This document shows positions 11,510 through 20,830 of a stretch of DNA of 44,769 bases, piece by piece. The stretch lies in NCBI RefSeq assembly GCF_964213995.1, contig NW_027590623.1, positions 186,001-230,769 of the forward strand. Reading direction: 5' to 3'. Source of the DNA: Mustelus asterias (lineage: Eukaryota). How positions within the stretch are numbered: the stretch's first letter is position 1; every line of letters begins with the position of its first letter. The notes under the pieces were generated by a model. That model had not been told where the DNA came from and made no database searches. It saw nothing but the letters and a program-made list of their open reading frames with translations. The position numbers were made by a program, and so were the translations under genes.

Positions 11510-11673
11510 AGCTGACGTCAGCTCAGGGAGATGAGCCAATCGCAGCACTGAGAAACGCCTCCCAGTTTCCTAATAATAGAAGCTGCCTCTGATCTGAGTT
11601 GACTCTGTGATATAAGACTAGAGGCAGCAACTTATTGTAAACATTGTCGCTGCTTACTGTCCTATCAGGAACC
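11510..11673 (+). promoter_or_regulatory. V2 proximal promoter: CRE, CCAAT and TATA-like motifs
   Basis: Perfect CRE TGACGTCA at 11513-11520 inside the 14-bp palindrome AGCTGACGTCAGCT; AGCCAATCGCA at 11534-11544; TATAAG at 11611-11616. Confidence 0.65.
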
Positions 11674-12111
11674 ATGTGTTCCCTGTGTGCTTTACTGATA
11701 ATAATGGTCACGCTGCCCGGTGAGTCTGAGCTCAAATCCTCAGTGTGTGTTTCATGGGTTATATTTGTTCACTGATTTCTCACACATTCTACATTTTGTT
11801 GCAGGAATCAATGGCCAAGATTCAGTTTCCCAGGACCCGGCTGAATTAACGGTTCAGGAAGGATTGAACGTAACAGTGAATTGTAATTACACAGCAAAAA
11901 ATGCTTTTCCAAATCTCTTCTGGTACATCCAGTATCCCGGGGAAGCTCCGAGATATTTACTGCAGAAATATAGCAGGGGTGGCGGAGAAAAGTCTCCAGA
12001 TTTCCCTGACCGGTTTTCTGCTGATTTGGACAAGGACAAGAAAACAGTTCTTTTAAATGTCACCGGGGTCCATGTCTCTGACTGTGCCGTGTATCACTGT
12101 GCGCTGAGCCC
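11674..12111 (+). CDS. TRAV: TCR alpha/delta-type V gene segment V2 (leader exon 11674-11719, intron 11720-11804, V exon 11805-12111)
   Basis: Leader MCSLCALLIIMVTLP+G|GTGAGT; acceptor TTTTGTTGCAG. V exon GINGQDSVSQDPAELTVQEGLNVTVNCNY...LFWYIQYPGEAPRYLL...DRFSA...SDCAVYHCALSP, followed by a 23-RSS. Confidence 0.93.
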
Positions 12112-12150
12112 CACACTGTTACAGAGGCGCAGTGAGCCCGTACAAAAACC
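12112..12150 (+). other. 23-RSS of V2
   Basis: CACACTG (12112-12118) + 23-bp spacer + consensus ACAAAAACC (12142-12150). Confidence 0.95.
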
Positions 12151-12283
12151 TACAAAGGCAATCTCACCTCCTCTCACTGAATCAGATCTGTGACCTGGAT
12201 TGTGAACTGTTAATACAAACAAAACAATTGTATAACATAGAGTTAGTCCGAATGTTCTCATTCCATGGTGCTGAATGTGCCAT

Positions 12284-12351
12284 TCTTGTTTAAACACTCT
12301 GCAATGCTGAGACTGGGAGAAGTGAACAACAGGGGGCAGCATTGCAGCTTC
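12284..12351 (+). repeat. 68-bp paralog of 6436-6503 with a degenerate CTCF motif
   Basis: TCTTGTTTAAACACTCTGCAATGCTGAGACTGGGAGAAGTGA(ACAACAGGGGGCAGC)ATTGCAGCTTC matches 6436-6503 with two substitutions in the CTCF core. Confidence 0.85.
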
Positions 12352-13162
12352 CATTTTACTATTATTCCTTCCAAAGTGGATAACCTCACACTTACCAACG
12401 CTATACTCCATCTGCCAGATCCTCACCCACTCACTTAGCCTATCCAAATCTCTCTGCAGACTTACCGCATCCTCCACGCAATTCACTTTCCCACTCATCT
12501 TTGTGTCATCCGCAAACTTTGTTACCCAACACTCGGTCCCCTCCTCCAGATCGTCTATGTATATGGTAAATAGTTGAGGCCCCAGCACCAATCCCTGCGG
12601 CACGCCACTAGTCACCAACTGCCAACCAGAAAAGCACCCATTTATTCCAACTCTCTGCTTGCTGTTGGATAGCCAATCCCCAATCCACGCTAACACTTTA
12701 CCCCCAACTCCGTGCACCCTAATTTTCTGCAGCAACCTTTTGTGAGGCACCTTATCGAACGCCTTCTGAAATCCAAAAACACCACATCCACTGGTTCCCC
12801 TCTGTCAACCGCACTCGTTACATCTTCATAAAAATCCAGCAAATTCGTCAAACACGACTTTCCCTTCATGAATCCATGCTGCGTCTGCTTGATCAAACCA
12901 TTTTTTTCCAGGTGTCCTGCTATTTCTTCCTTAATGATGAATTCCAGCAATTTCCCAACTACGGACGTTAAGCTAACCCGGGCTGTAGTTACCCGCCTTT
13001 TGTCTACCTCCTTTTTTCAACAGTGGTGTCACATTAGCTGTTTTCCAATCAGCCGGCACTTCCCCAGAGTCCAGTGTATTTTGATAAATTTGATAAATTA
13101 CAACCAACGCATCCTCTATTACTTCTGCCACTTCTTTCAGTACCCTGGGATGCATTCCATCT
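12352..13162 (-). mobile_element. CR1-type LINE reverse-transcriptase fragment (frameshifted)
   Basis: QHGFMKGKSCLTNLLDFYE...SGVPQGLVLGPQLFTIYIDDL...KFADDTK, split over three frames. Confidence 0.93.
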
Positions 13163-13163
13163 C

Positions 13164-13637
13164 TTAGTCAAAACATCTACCTCATAAGAAGTGACAGAAC
13201 AATGAATGGTCTGAGATATTTCCATATGATGTTCTCTCAATTTGTAATTTTGCATTCTGTCAAATCCTCTTTCAGAGTGGAAATATAGCTTGCCTCCCCA
13301 TTGGACTGCTGATCCAATCAGTGCCAAACAGGGAAAAGCAGCAAAGATCAATATCTCCAATGAAATATCCAAGAAAACAGCACAGGAGAGACGGGTCAGA
13401 GTGCGAACAGCACAGGAAAACTGTGGGTGGGGCTACCATCGGCAGTGTGGTGACCGCTAGGATTTATCTGCAAGGAGCTGAACTCAATAACAATGTCAAA
13501 TTGGAAATTCTGTAACTTTGCCTCTCTATATGAGAGGCAGCTGAATGTCCATTCCACACTGCGGACCAGCATTCTTGCACCAGGAGTATCGGATTAGTAA
13601 GTGATTCAGTACAAAGCGAAATCCTCATCAGTGATGT
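13164..13637 (-). pseudogene. Orphan V promoter + degenerate leader exon (copy 1 of a 474-bp direct repeat)
   Basis: Near-identical to 14970-15443 (offset 1806). Aligns with the V3 5' region; leader-like ATA-TGG-AAA-TAT-CTC...=(I)WKYLRPFIVLSLLM vs V3 MVNYLTPILIILSLL. No V exon follows; it abuts a CR1 fragment. Confidence 0.65.
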
Positions 13638-13639
13638 TT

Positions 13640-13940
13640 GGACCTGGGTTCGATTCCCGGCTTGGGTCACTGTCTATGTAGAGTTTGCACATTCTCCTCG
13701 TGTCTGCGTGGGTTTCCTCCGGGTGCTCCGGTTTCCTCCCACAGTCCAAAGATGTGCGGGTTAGGCTGATTGGCCATGCTAAAATTGCCCCTTAGTGTCC
13801 TGGGATGTGTAGATTAGAGGGATTAGCGGGTAAAATATGTAGGAATCTGGGGGTAGGGCCTGGGTGGGATTGTGGTCGGTGCAGACTAGATGGGCCGAAT
13901 GGCCTCTTTCTGTATTGTACGGTTTCTATGATTTCTATGA
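13640..13940 (+). mobile_element. HE1-type SINE, 5'-truncated
   Basis: GGACCTGGGTTCGATTCCCGGCTTGGGTCACTGTC...TTTCTATGATTTCTATG. Confidence 0.88.
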
Positions 13941-14173
13941 GAAAGGCATCGAAAACGAAAAAAAAAGGTGTTGCAGTATCTCAGATCGATATTGCAAATG
14001 TAAGCTCCGACCATTAACTGATGTAACTGCAACTGGACCACACCAGTTGCCTTTTTTGAGTGTTGTCTTTTGTTGCAATGTTAAGAATCTCCGTCACTCT
14101 CTCTGTGGAAACTGAATTACCCGCGTGTGTGCGCGCGCACCCTGCTGGGCACTAACTGGAACTGCCAGTGTGG

Positions 14174-14213
14174 GGTTTTTGTACGGGATTCGCTATATCT
14201 CTGCAGCAGTGTG
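14174..14213 (-). other. RSS of V3 (24-bp spacer)
   Basis: Minus strand: CACACTG (14213-14207) + 24-bp spacer CTGCAGAGATATAGCGAATCCCGT + ACAAAAACC (14182-14174). Confidence 0.9.
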
Positions 14214-14711
14214 GGCTTCATGGCACAGAAGTACACGGCGCTGTCGGAAATCAGTGTGTTACTGATCGTCAGCTCGCTAGTCTTGTTCTTTTTCTCAAAT
14301 TTGGAAGAAAATCGATCATTGAGGTCGGTGTTCCTTTGTACATTCTCTCCAATAAGCTGAAACATGTAAACTGGAGCTTTCCCGGGCTGCTGACTGTACC
14401 AGTACACATTAGGGCTGGAATAGCTTGTTTTCAAAGTGCAGGTTAGTGTGACATCATTTTCCTCTTTAACCTTTATTCCAGGATCCAATTGTTCCACTTC
14501 GTCTTGGTGGCTCCATTCTAACAGAAACAACAGCAATATGACAATCAGAGTTAGCCTCAGATTAAACGATACAATTATCATCATCACTATTGTTTTATCA
14601 ACAAGAATATCTGGGTTACAGCAGTCAAGAGGAGCTTGTAGTTTTACTGGGAAGAAAATGCTTACTGAGAAGTGAGAGAATGATGAGGATGGGAGTGAGA
14701 TAGTTCACCAT
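14214..14711 (-). CDS. TRAV: TCR alpha/delta-type V gene segment V3 (leader exon 14711-14666, intron 14665-14518, V exon 14517-14214)
   Basis: Minus-strand leader MVNYLTPILIILSLL+A|GTAAGC; acceptor GTTTCTGTTAG. V exon WSHQDEVEQLDPGIKVKEENDVTLTCTLKTSYSSPNVYWYSQQPGKAPVYM...DRFSS...SDSAVYFCAMKP, followed by an RSS. Confidence 0.92.
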
Positions 14712-14935
14712 GATGCTTCCTGAGTCTGTAACTCTGCAATGGGAGAAATCCTGTCAGAGACAGAAAGACACTGTTCCACTGCACTGCTGATCCAACCAAT
14801 GAGAGGAATGGAGCAGCGGCAGCAATCCGTCCAATCACGAGAGCAGAAAACGGAAGTCGCGGGCGGGGATGCAGTAGACAAAATATTGAGTGACGTGTGC
14901 GGCAACTTCAGCTGCACCCGGAACGGAAAGAGCGA
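14712..14935 (-). promoter_or_regulatory. V3 upstream promoter region
   Basis: Read on +: CCAAT at 14796 and 14831, ETS core CGGAAGT at 14851-14857, GC box GGGCGGGG at 14861-14868, CRE-like TGACGTG at 14891-14897. Confidence 0.55.
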
Positions 14936-14969
14936 GACTTCCAGCTATAGTGCGGGGGAGGATGGTTTT

Positions 14970-15443
14970 TTAGTCAAAACATCTACCTCATAAGAAGTGA
15001 CAGAACAATGAATGGTCTGAGATATTTCCATCTGATGTTCTCTCAATTTGTAATTTTGCAGTCTGTGAAATCCTCTTTCAGAATGGAAATATAGCTTGCC
15101 TCCCCATTGGACTGCTGATCCAATCAGTGCCGAACAGGGAAAAGCAGCAAAGATCAATATCTCCAATGAAATATACAAGAAAACAGCACAGGAGAGACGG
15201 GTCAGAGTGCGAACAACACAGGAAAACTGTGGGTGGGGCTACCATAGGCAGTGTGGTGACAGCTAGGATTTATCTGCAAGGAGCTGAACTCAATAACAAT
15301 GTCAAATTGGAAATTCTGTAACTTTGCCTCTCTATATGAGAGGCAGCTGAATGTCCATTCCACACTGCGGACCAGCATTCTTGCACCAGGAGTATCGGGT
15401 TAGTAAGTGATTCAGTACAAAGCGAAATCCTCATCAGTGATGT
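14970..15443 (-). pseudogene. Orphan V promoter + degenerate leader exon (copy 2 of the 474-bp direct repeat)
   Basis: Direct repeat of 13164-13637; the leader start codon position reads AGA. Confidence 0.65.
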
Positions 15444-15679
15444 GGATTGAAAATGGGACCGAATAGCTGAGCAGCCGGATTGGAGAGGTCCTGAATTAAT
15501 GTACAAGGGAACAGAAAAAGCTTTAATGTTTACGTTAAAGAGTGGGAAAGGAAATGTGCACAATTTCCATAAATCAGCAGGCAAGGACAGTCTGGAACAA
15601 ATAGGCAGAGAAGGAGCAGCACGGTAGCACAGTGGTTAGCACTGCTGCTTCACAGCTCCAGTGGACCTGGGTTCGATAA

Positions 15680-16262
15680 GTGGAAGCAACGTTCAGGTCA
15701 CACAGGTTCCAGGCTATGACCGTCTCCAAAAGAAGAGGATCTGACGAACTTTCCTTGATATTCAAAGGCATTACCATCTCTGAATCCTCCCCTCTGCTCC
15801 CCCCCTTCCCCTCCCCCACCCCCAACAACATCCTGGGAGTTGACCGAAAACTGAACTGGACCGAAGAATATGAATACCGTGGCTACCGGAGCAGATCAAA
15901 GGTTAGGAATCCTGTGGCGAGTAACTCACCACGTGACTCCCCAAAGCCTGTCCACCATCTACAAGATACAAGTCAGGGGTGTAAATGGAATGCTCCCTAC
16001 TTGCTGGATCAGTGTAGCTCCAACAACACTCATTAAGCTCGACAAGATACAGGACAGGGCAGTCCGCGTGATTGCGACCCATTCAATAAACACCCATTCC
16101 TGTCACCACCGACGAACAGTGGCAGCTGAGTGCAACACCTCCGGATATACAGCAGCAACTCAACAAGGATTTTTAGGCAGCACAATCCGAACACACGGCC
16201 ACTGCCATGTAGGAGGACAAGGGCAGCATTCACATGGGAACACCTCAATCTAGCGGTTCCCT
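15680..16262 (+). mobile_element. Degenerate non-LTR retrotransposon fragment
   Basis: NILGVDRKLNWT.../NTVATGADQRLGILWRVTHHVTPQSLSTIYKIQVR...LDKIQDRAVRVI resembles a LINE ORF2 post-RT region; clade uncertain. Confidence 0.7.
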
Positions 16263-16795
16263 TCCAATTTAAGTTAAGAATTCTTAGTTTCAATACGTGT
16301 CAAGTGTTCATTGTGTTAACTTAAGTCACATTCTACCGAACTTTTTCTAACTCTTTCCGAGTTGATATTTTTGTTTCAGTACTGTAACATTGAGAGATGT
16401 TTAATCGGGCTGTTGTCATTATTAGGATTTGCCTCAGCAGGCGGGCATCAGTTTACACTGTCGACTGATATTTCAAACCAATGATGATTGGTTCCTTTGC
16501 CCCAAGTGTTCTTTGAAACATCAGAACAAGAATACAACTAGTTCAAGGCTCCCTGCAGCATTTTGTATTCTCAATGTTAGTGCCGAGTTCCCGGTGATCC
16601 GAAATAAACAACAGATAATTCTTCCCTGGCACAATGAATGTAACAATCAGGCGTAATCTGTGAACGATTGTAGATCGTGTCTGTGTGAATTGTGGTCGGG
16701 TTTGCGCTGACAGCAAAGTATTGACGTGTCAGTGTATGACCCGCTGTGAGAAACACCTCTCGACAGACAGCAGCTGTGACCCAGAAACCTGCCGC

Positions 16796-16834
16796 AGTTT
16801 TTGTACGAGTATTTCACTCGTTCTCATCAATGTG
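16796..16834 (-). other. 23-RSS of V4
   Basis: Minus strand: CACATTG (16834-16828) + 23-bp spacer + ACAAAAACT (16804-16796). Confidence 0.9.
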
Positions 16835-17079
16835 AGACTCTGTGCACAGTAATAGACCGCGGTGTCAGGCAGCAGCAGCATCGACATAGCCAATCGGTAC
16901 AACTTGTCTAACTGCTGGGCTGAATCAGGAAATCGGGTGCCAGCGAAATCCGCCTTTAATTCAAAACCGCCGTTCTTGTCTCTCCGGACTGCAAACTCGG
17001 GCTGTCTGCCTGGATATTGACGGTACCAGAATAAATAATAGGCATCGTCGGTATAGGTGCAGATTAAAGTGACATCCCC
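16835..17079 (-). CDS. TRAV: TCR alpha/delta-type V gene segment V4, 5'-partial (leader and start of FR1 lost in repeat/gap)
   Basis: GDVTLICTYTDDAYYLFWYRQYPGRQPEF...DTAVYYCAQS; open frame with both Cys and WYRQ, followed by a 23-RSS. Functional status unknown. Confidence 0.85.
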
Positions 17080-17977
17080 CTTTGCCCCCCCCCTCCTGGG
17101 CTTTGCCCCCCCCCTCCTGGGCTTTGCCCCCCCCTCCTGGGCTTTGCCCCCCCCCTCCTGGGCTTTGCCCCCCCCCTCCTGGGCTTTGCCCCCCCCTCCT
17201 GGGCTTTGCCCCCCCCCTCCTGGGCTTTGCCCCCCCCCTCCTGGGCTTTGCCCCCCCCCTCCTGGGCTTTGCCCCCCCCCTCCTGGGCTTTGCCCCCCCC
17301 CTCCTGGGCTTTGCCCCCCCCCTCCTGGGCTTTGCCCCCCCCCTCCTGGGCTTTGCCCCCCCCCTCCTGGGCTTTGCCCCCCCCCCTCCTGGGCTTTGCC
17401 CCCCCCCCTCCTGGGCTTTGCCCCCCCCCCTCCTGGGCTTTGCCCCCCCCCCTCCTGGGCTTTGCCCCCCCCCTCCTGGGCTTTGCCCCCCCCCCTCCTG
17501 GGCTTTGCCCCCCCCCCTCCTGGGCTTTGCCCCCCCCCCTCCTGGGCTTTGCCCCCCCCCCTCCTGGGCTTTGCACCCCCCCTCCTGGGCATTGCCCCCC
17601 CACCCCTGGGCATTGCCCCCCCCTCCTGGGCATTGCACCCCTGGGCATTGCCCCCCCCGCTTGCCCGCCCCGCTTGCCCCCCCCCCCGCTTGCCCCCCCC
17701 CCGCTTGCCCCCCCCGCTTGCCCGCCCCCCGCTTGCCCGCCCCCCGACATCCCGCCCCCCGACATCCCGCCCCCCGACTGCCCGCCCCCCGACTGCCCGC
17801 CCCCCGACTGCCCGCCCCCCGACTGCCCGCCCCCCGACTGCCCGCCCCCCGACTTCCCGCCCCCCGACTTCCCGCCCCCCGACTTCCCGCCCCCCGACTT
17901 CCCGCCCCCCGACTTCCCGCCCCCCGACTTCCCGCCCCCCGACTTCCCGCCCCCCGACTTCCCGCCCCCCGACTTCC
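17080..17977. repeat. C-rich tandem repeat with a drifting unit (~21 bp CTCCTGGGCTTTGC(C)n changing to 15 bp GACTTCCCGCCCCCC) running into a gap
   Basis: Directly visible; possibly an assembly artefact. Confidence 0.9.
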
Positions 17978-18599
17978 NNNNNNNNNNNNNNNNNNNNNNN
18001 NNNNNNNNNNNNNNNNNNNNNNNNNNNNNNNNNNNNNNNNNNNNNNNNNNNNNNNNNNNNNNNNNNNNNNNNNNNNNNNNNNNNNNNNNNNNNNNNNNNN
18101 NNNNNNNNNNNNNNNNNNNNNNNNNNNNNNNNNNNNNNNNNNNNNNNNNNNNNNNNNNNNNNNNNNNNNNNNNNNNNNNNNNNNNNNNNNNNNNNNNNNN
18201 NNNNNNNNNNNNNNNNNNNNNNNNNNNNNNNNNNNNNNNNNNNNNNNNNNNNNNNNNNNNNNNNNNNNNNNNNNNNNNNNNNNNNNNNNNNNNNNNNNNN
18301 NNNNNNNNNNNNNNNNNNNNNNNNNNNNNNNNNNNNNNNNNNNNNNNNNNNNNNNNNNNNNNNNNNNNNNNNNNNNNNNNNNNNNNNNNNNNNNNNNNNN
18401 NNNNNNNNNNNNNNNNNNNNNNNNNNNNNNNNNNNNNNNNNNNNNNNNNNNNNNNNNNNNNNNNNNNNNNNNNNNNNNNNNNNNNNNNNNNNNNNNNNNN
18501 NNNNNNNNNNNNNNNNNNNNNNNNNNNNNNNNNNNNNNNNNNNNNNNNNNNNNNNNNNNNNNNNNNNNNNNNNNNNNNNNNNNNNNNNNNNNNNNNNNN
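17978..18599. other. Assembly gap
   Basis: Run of N. Confidence 1.
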
Positions 18600-18824
18600 C
18601 CCGACTGCCCGCCCCCCCGACTGCCCGCCCCCCCGACTGCCCGCCCCCCCGCTTGTTCCCCCCCCCCCCCCGCTTGTTCCCCCCCCCGAGCTGTCCCCCC
18701 CTCTCAGACCCGCCCTGACCAATTCCTCTGAGACCCTCCAGTCCCACCAGGATTTCACCCCCCCTCCCCCCAAATCCCAGCCCTATCCATAGGGGCCCCT
18801 CCCCAGCTCCTGAACTCCTGTCCC

Positions 18825-19160
18825 CAAACCCCACCCCCACCGACAGACCCAAACCCCACCCCCACCGACAGACCCAAACCCCACCCCCACCGACAGACCC
18901 AAACCCCACCCCCACCGACAGACCCAAACCCCACCCCCACCGACAGACCCAAACCCCACCCCCACCGACAGACCCAAACCCCACCCCCACCGACAGACCC
19001 AGCCCCCACCGACAGACCCGAACCCCACACCCACCCCCACCGACAGACCCGAACCCCACCCCCACCGACAGACCCGAACCCCACCCCCACCGACAGACCC
19101 GAACCCCACCCCCACCGACAGACCCGAACCCCACACCCACCGACAGACCCAACCCCCACT
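18825..19160. repeat. 25-bp minisatellite (CCCCACCCCCACCGACAGACCC[A/G]AA)n
   Basis: About 13 near-perfect units. Confidence 0.93.
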
Positions 19161-20137
19161 GAGCCTAATCCCCCCCGACTCCTGAACCCACTCCCAATCC
19201 TAAACCTGCCGCACTCAATCTCTCACCCCCAAATTCCCCTCTCCCCTCCAGGTTCCCCACCCCCCAAAACCCCCTTTAAATCCCCACTGCCCAAACCCAC
19301 TCTCAGTCCCTCCACTTAAACCCCTCTGAACCTCCCCTCTGCCCAATCTCTCTCTGCCCCTCCTCCCGATCCTCTCTGCCCCTCCCCCTGATCCTCTCTG
19401 CCCAATCTTCTCCAATCCCAATTCCCCCCCCCCCCCCCCCACTCCAGCCAAATCTGTTGTCCCTCCTCACAATCCCTCTAAATCTCCCGATCCTTCCCTC
19501 TGAGCCCCGTACCCCGCTCCCCCACTGCCCAAACCATCTTCAAAGCCCCCCGGCTGAATATCCCTCTAAGTTCCCCTCTTTCCCCCCACCCCTCTCAACC
19601 TGGCAAATTCCCACTCCCTGTGAACAGCCTCTGGACTGACAGATCCCCCCCCTTCTAATTAGTAACCCCCCCCCCCCACCCCCCCCCCACCACACATCTA
19701 TCCCCGTCCACCACCCCCCTGTAAACAGCTCCTGGTGGAGTTGGATGTGGAAACTCTGCCCATTTTAAACATTAACGTTCAAACGACTAATTCCCCTGAC
19801 ACTGAGCAGCCTGTGTTATAACATCCCGCACCCCCATCCTGTACAACAGACCCCCTGTCTGATTCCCCCCCCCCCCCTCAATTGCCCCCTTTCTCTGATA
19901 ACCCCTGACTCTGGTCAGCCTGTGTTATAATATTCCCCCCTCTTGTACAACAGCCTCCCCCACCAGCCCCTTCCCTCTCTGTCTAATAGCCCCTGGCTCT
20001 GAACAAGCCCCTGTATTACACACTCCCCCCTTTCAGCAGTGCTGAATCCCTCTGAATTGCCCCCGATTCCCTCCCTCTGCGTTCCTGGGCCTTTGCTGCT
20101 TGTGAACAGCAAACCCGTGATCTGGCCCGTCCCCCAC

Positions 20138-20830
20138 GAGAGAGCAGAGAGGGAGATAAGAGGCAGAGAAGCAGAGAGATATAGAGATGGAGTTAGAGAG
20201 AATGCTACTGTAATTCAGACAGAATGATTCACAGAGAGAGGGAAGCAGAGATCAGATACAGAGAGAGATAAGAGGCAGAGAGATATAGAGATGGAGATAG
20301 GATGCGACTGTAATTCAGACATTGATTCACAGAGAAGGGAGGGAGCAGAGATAAGAGACAGAGATATAGAGATGGAGTTAGTGAGGAATCTGCTGTGATT
20401 CAGACAATGATTCACAGAGAGAGGGAAGCAGAGAACAGATAGAGATATAGAGACAGAGGATGCTACTTTAATTCAAACAGACTGAGTCAGGGGGAGGCAG
20501 AGATAGAGAGAGGGGGAAGCAGAGAGAGATAGAGAGAGTCAAGCAGATAGCTAGAGAGATAAGACAGAGAAGCAGAGTTAAAGTTCAAATTTTATTCGTC
20601 ACAAGTAGGCTTACATTAACACTGCAATGAAGTTACTGTGAAAAGATGGAGATAGAGAGAATGCTGCTGTACTTCAGACAGAATGAGTCAGAGAGGGAGC
20701 AGAGATAGATAGAGCGAGAGAGAGATGGAGAGGAGGCTGCTGTGATTGAGATAAAATGATCCACAGAGAGGGAGAGAGAGATGTGCAGAGAGGCTGAGAT
20801 ACAAAGTGAGATGTCGAGATAAATAGAAAG
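20138..20830. repeat. Degenerate AG-rich tandem repeat (~90 bp)
   Basis: Recurrent GATATAGAGATGGAG...TGTAATTCAGAC...GATTCACAGAGA. Confidence 0.75.

Noticed and set aside
13049-13372. ORF MDISLEILIFAAFPCLALIG... resembling a signal peptide
   Set aside because: It starts at a non-ATG codon, runs through promoter-homologous sequence and continues into a LINE; better explained as a relic promoter/leader.
12151-14173. Possible D/J segments between the convergent V pairs
   Set aside because: I found no 12-RSS or FGxG motif; the interval is LINE, orphan leader module and SINE.
16729-19159. Long G/P-rich ORFs (807, 569, 553 aa etc.)
   Set aside because: They are translations of tandem repeats and an N gap; only the V4 part (16835-17079) is real coding sequence.
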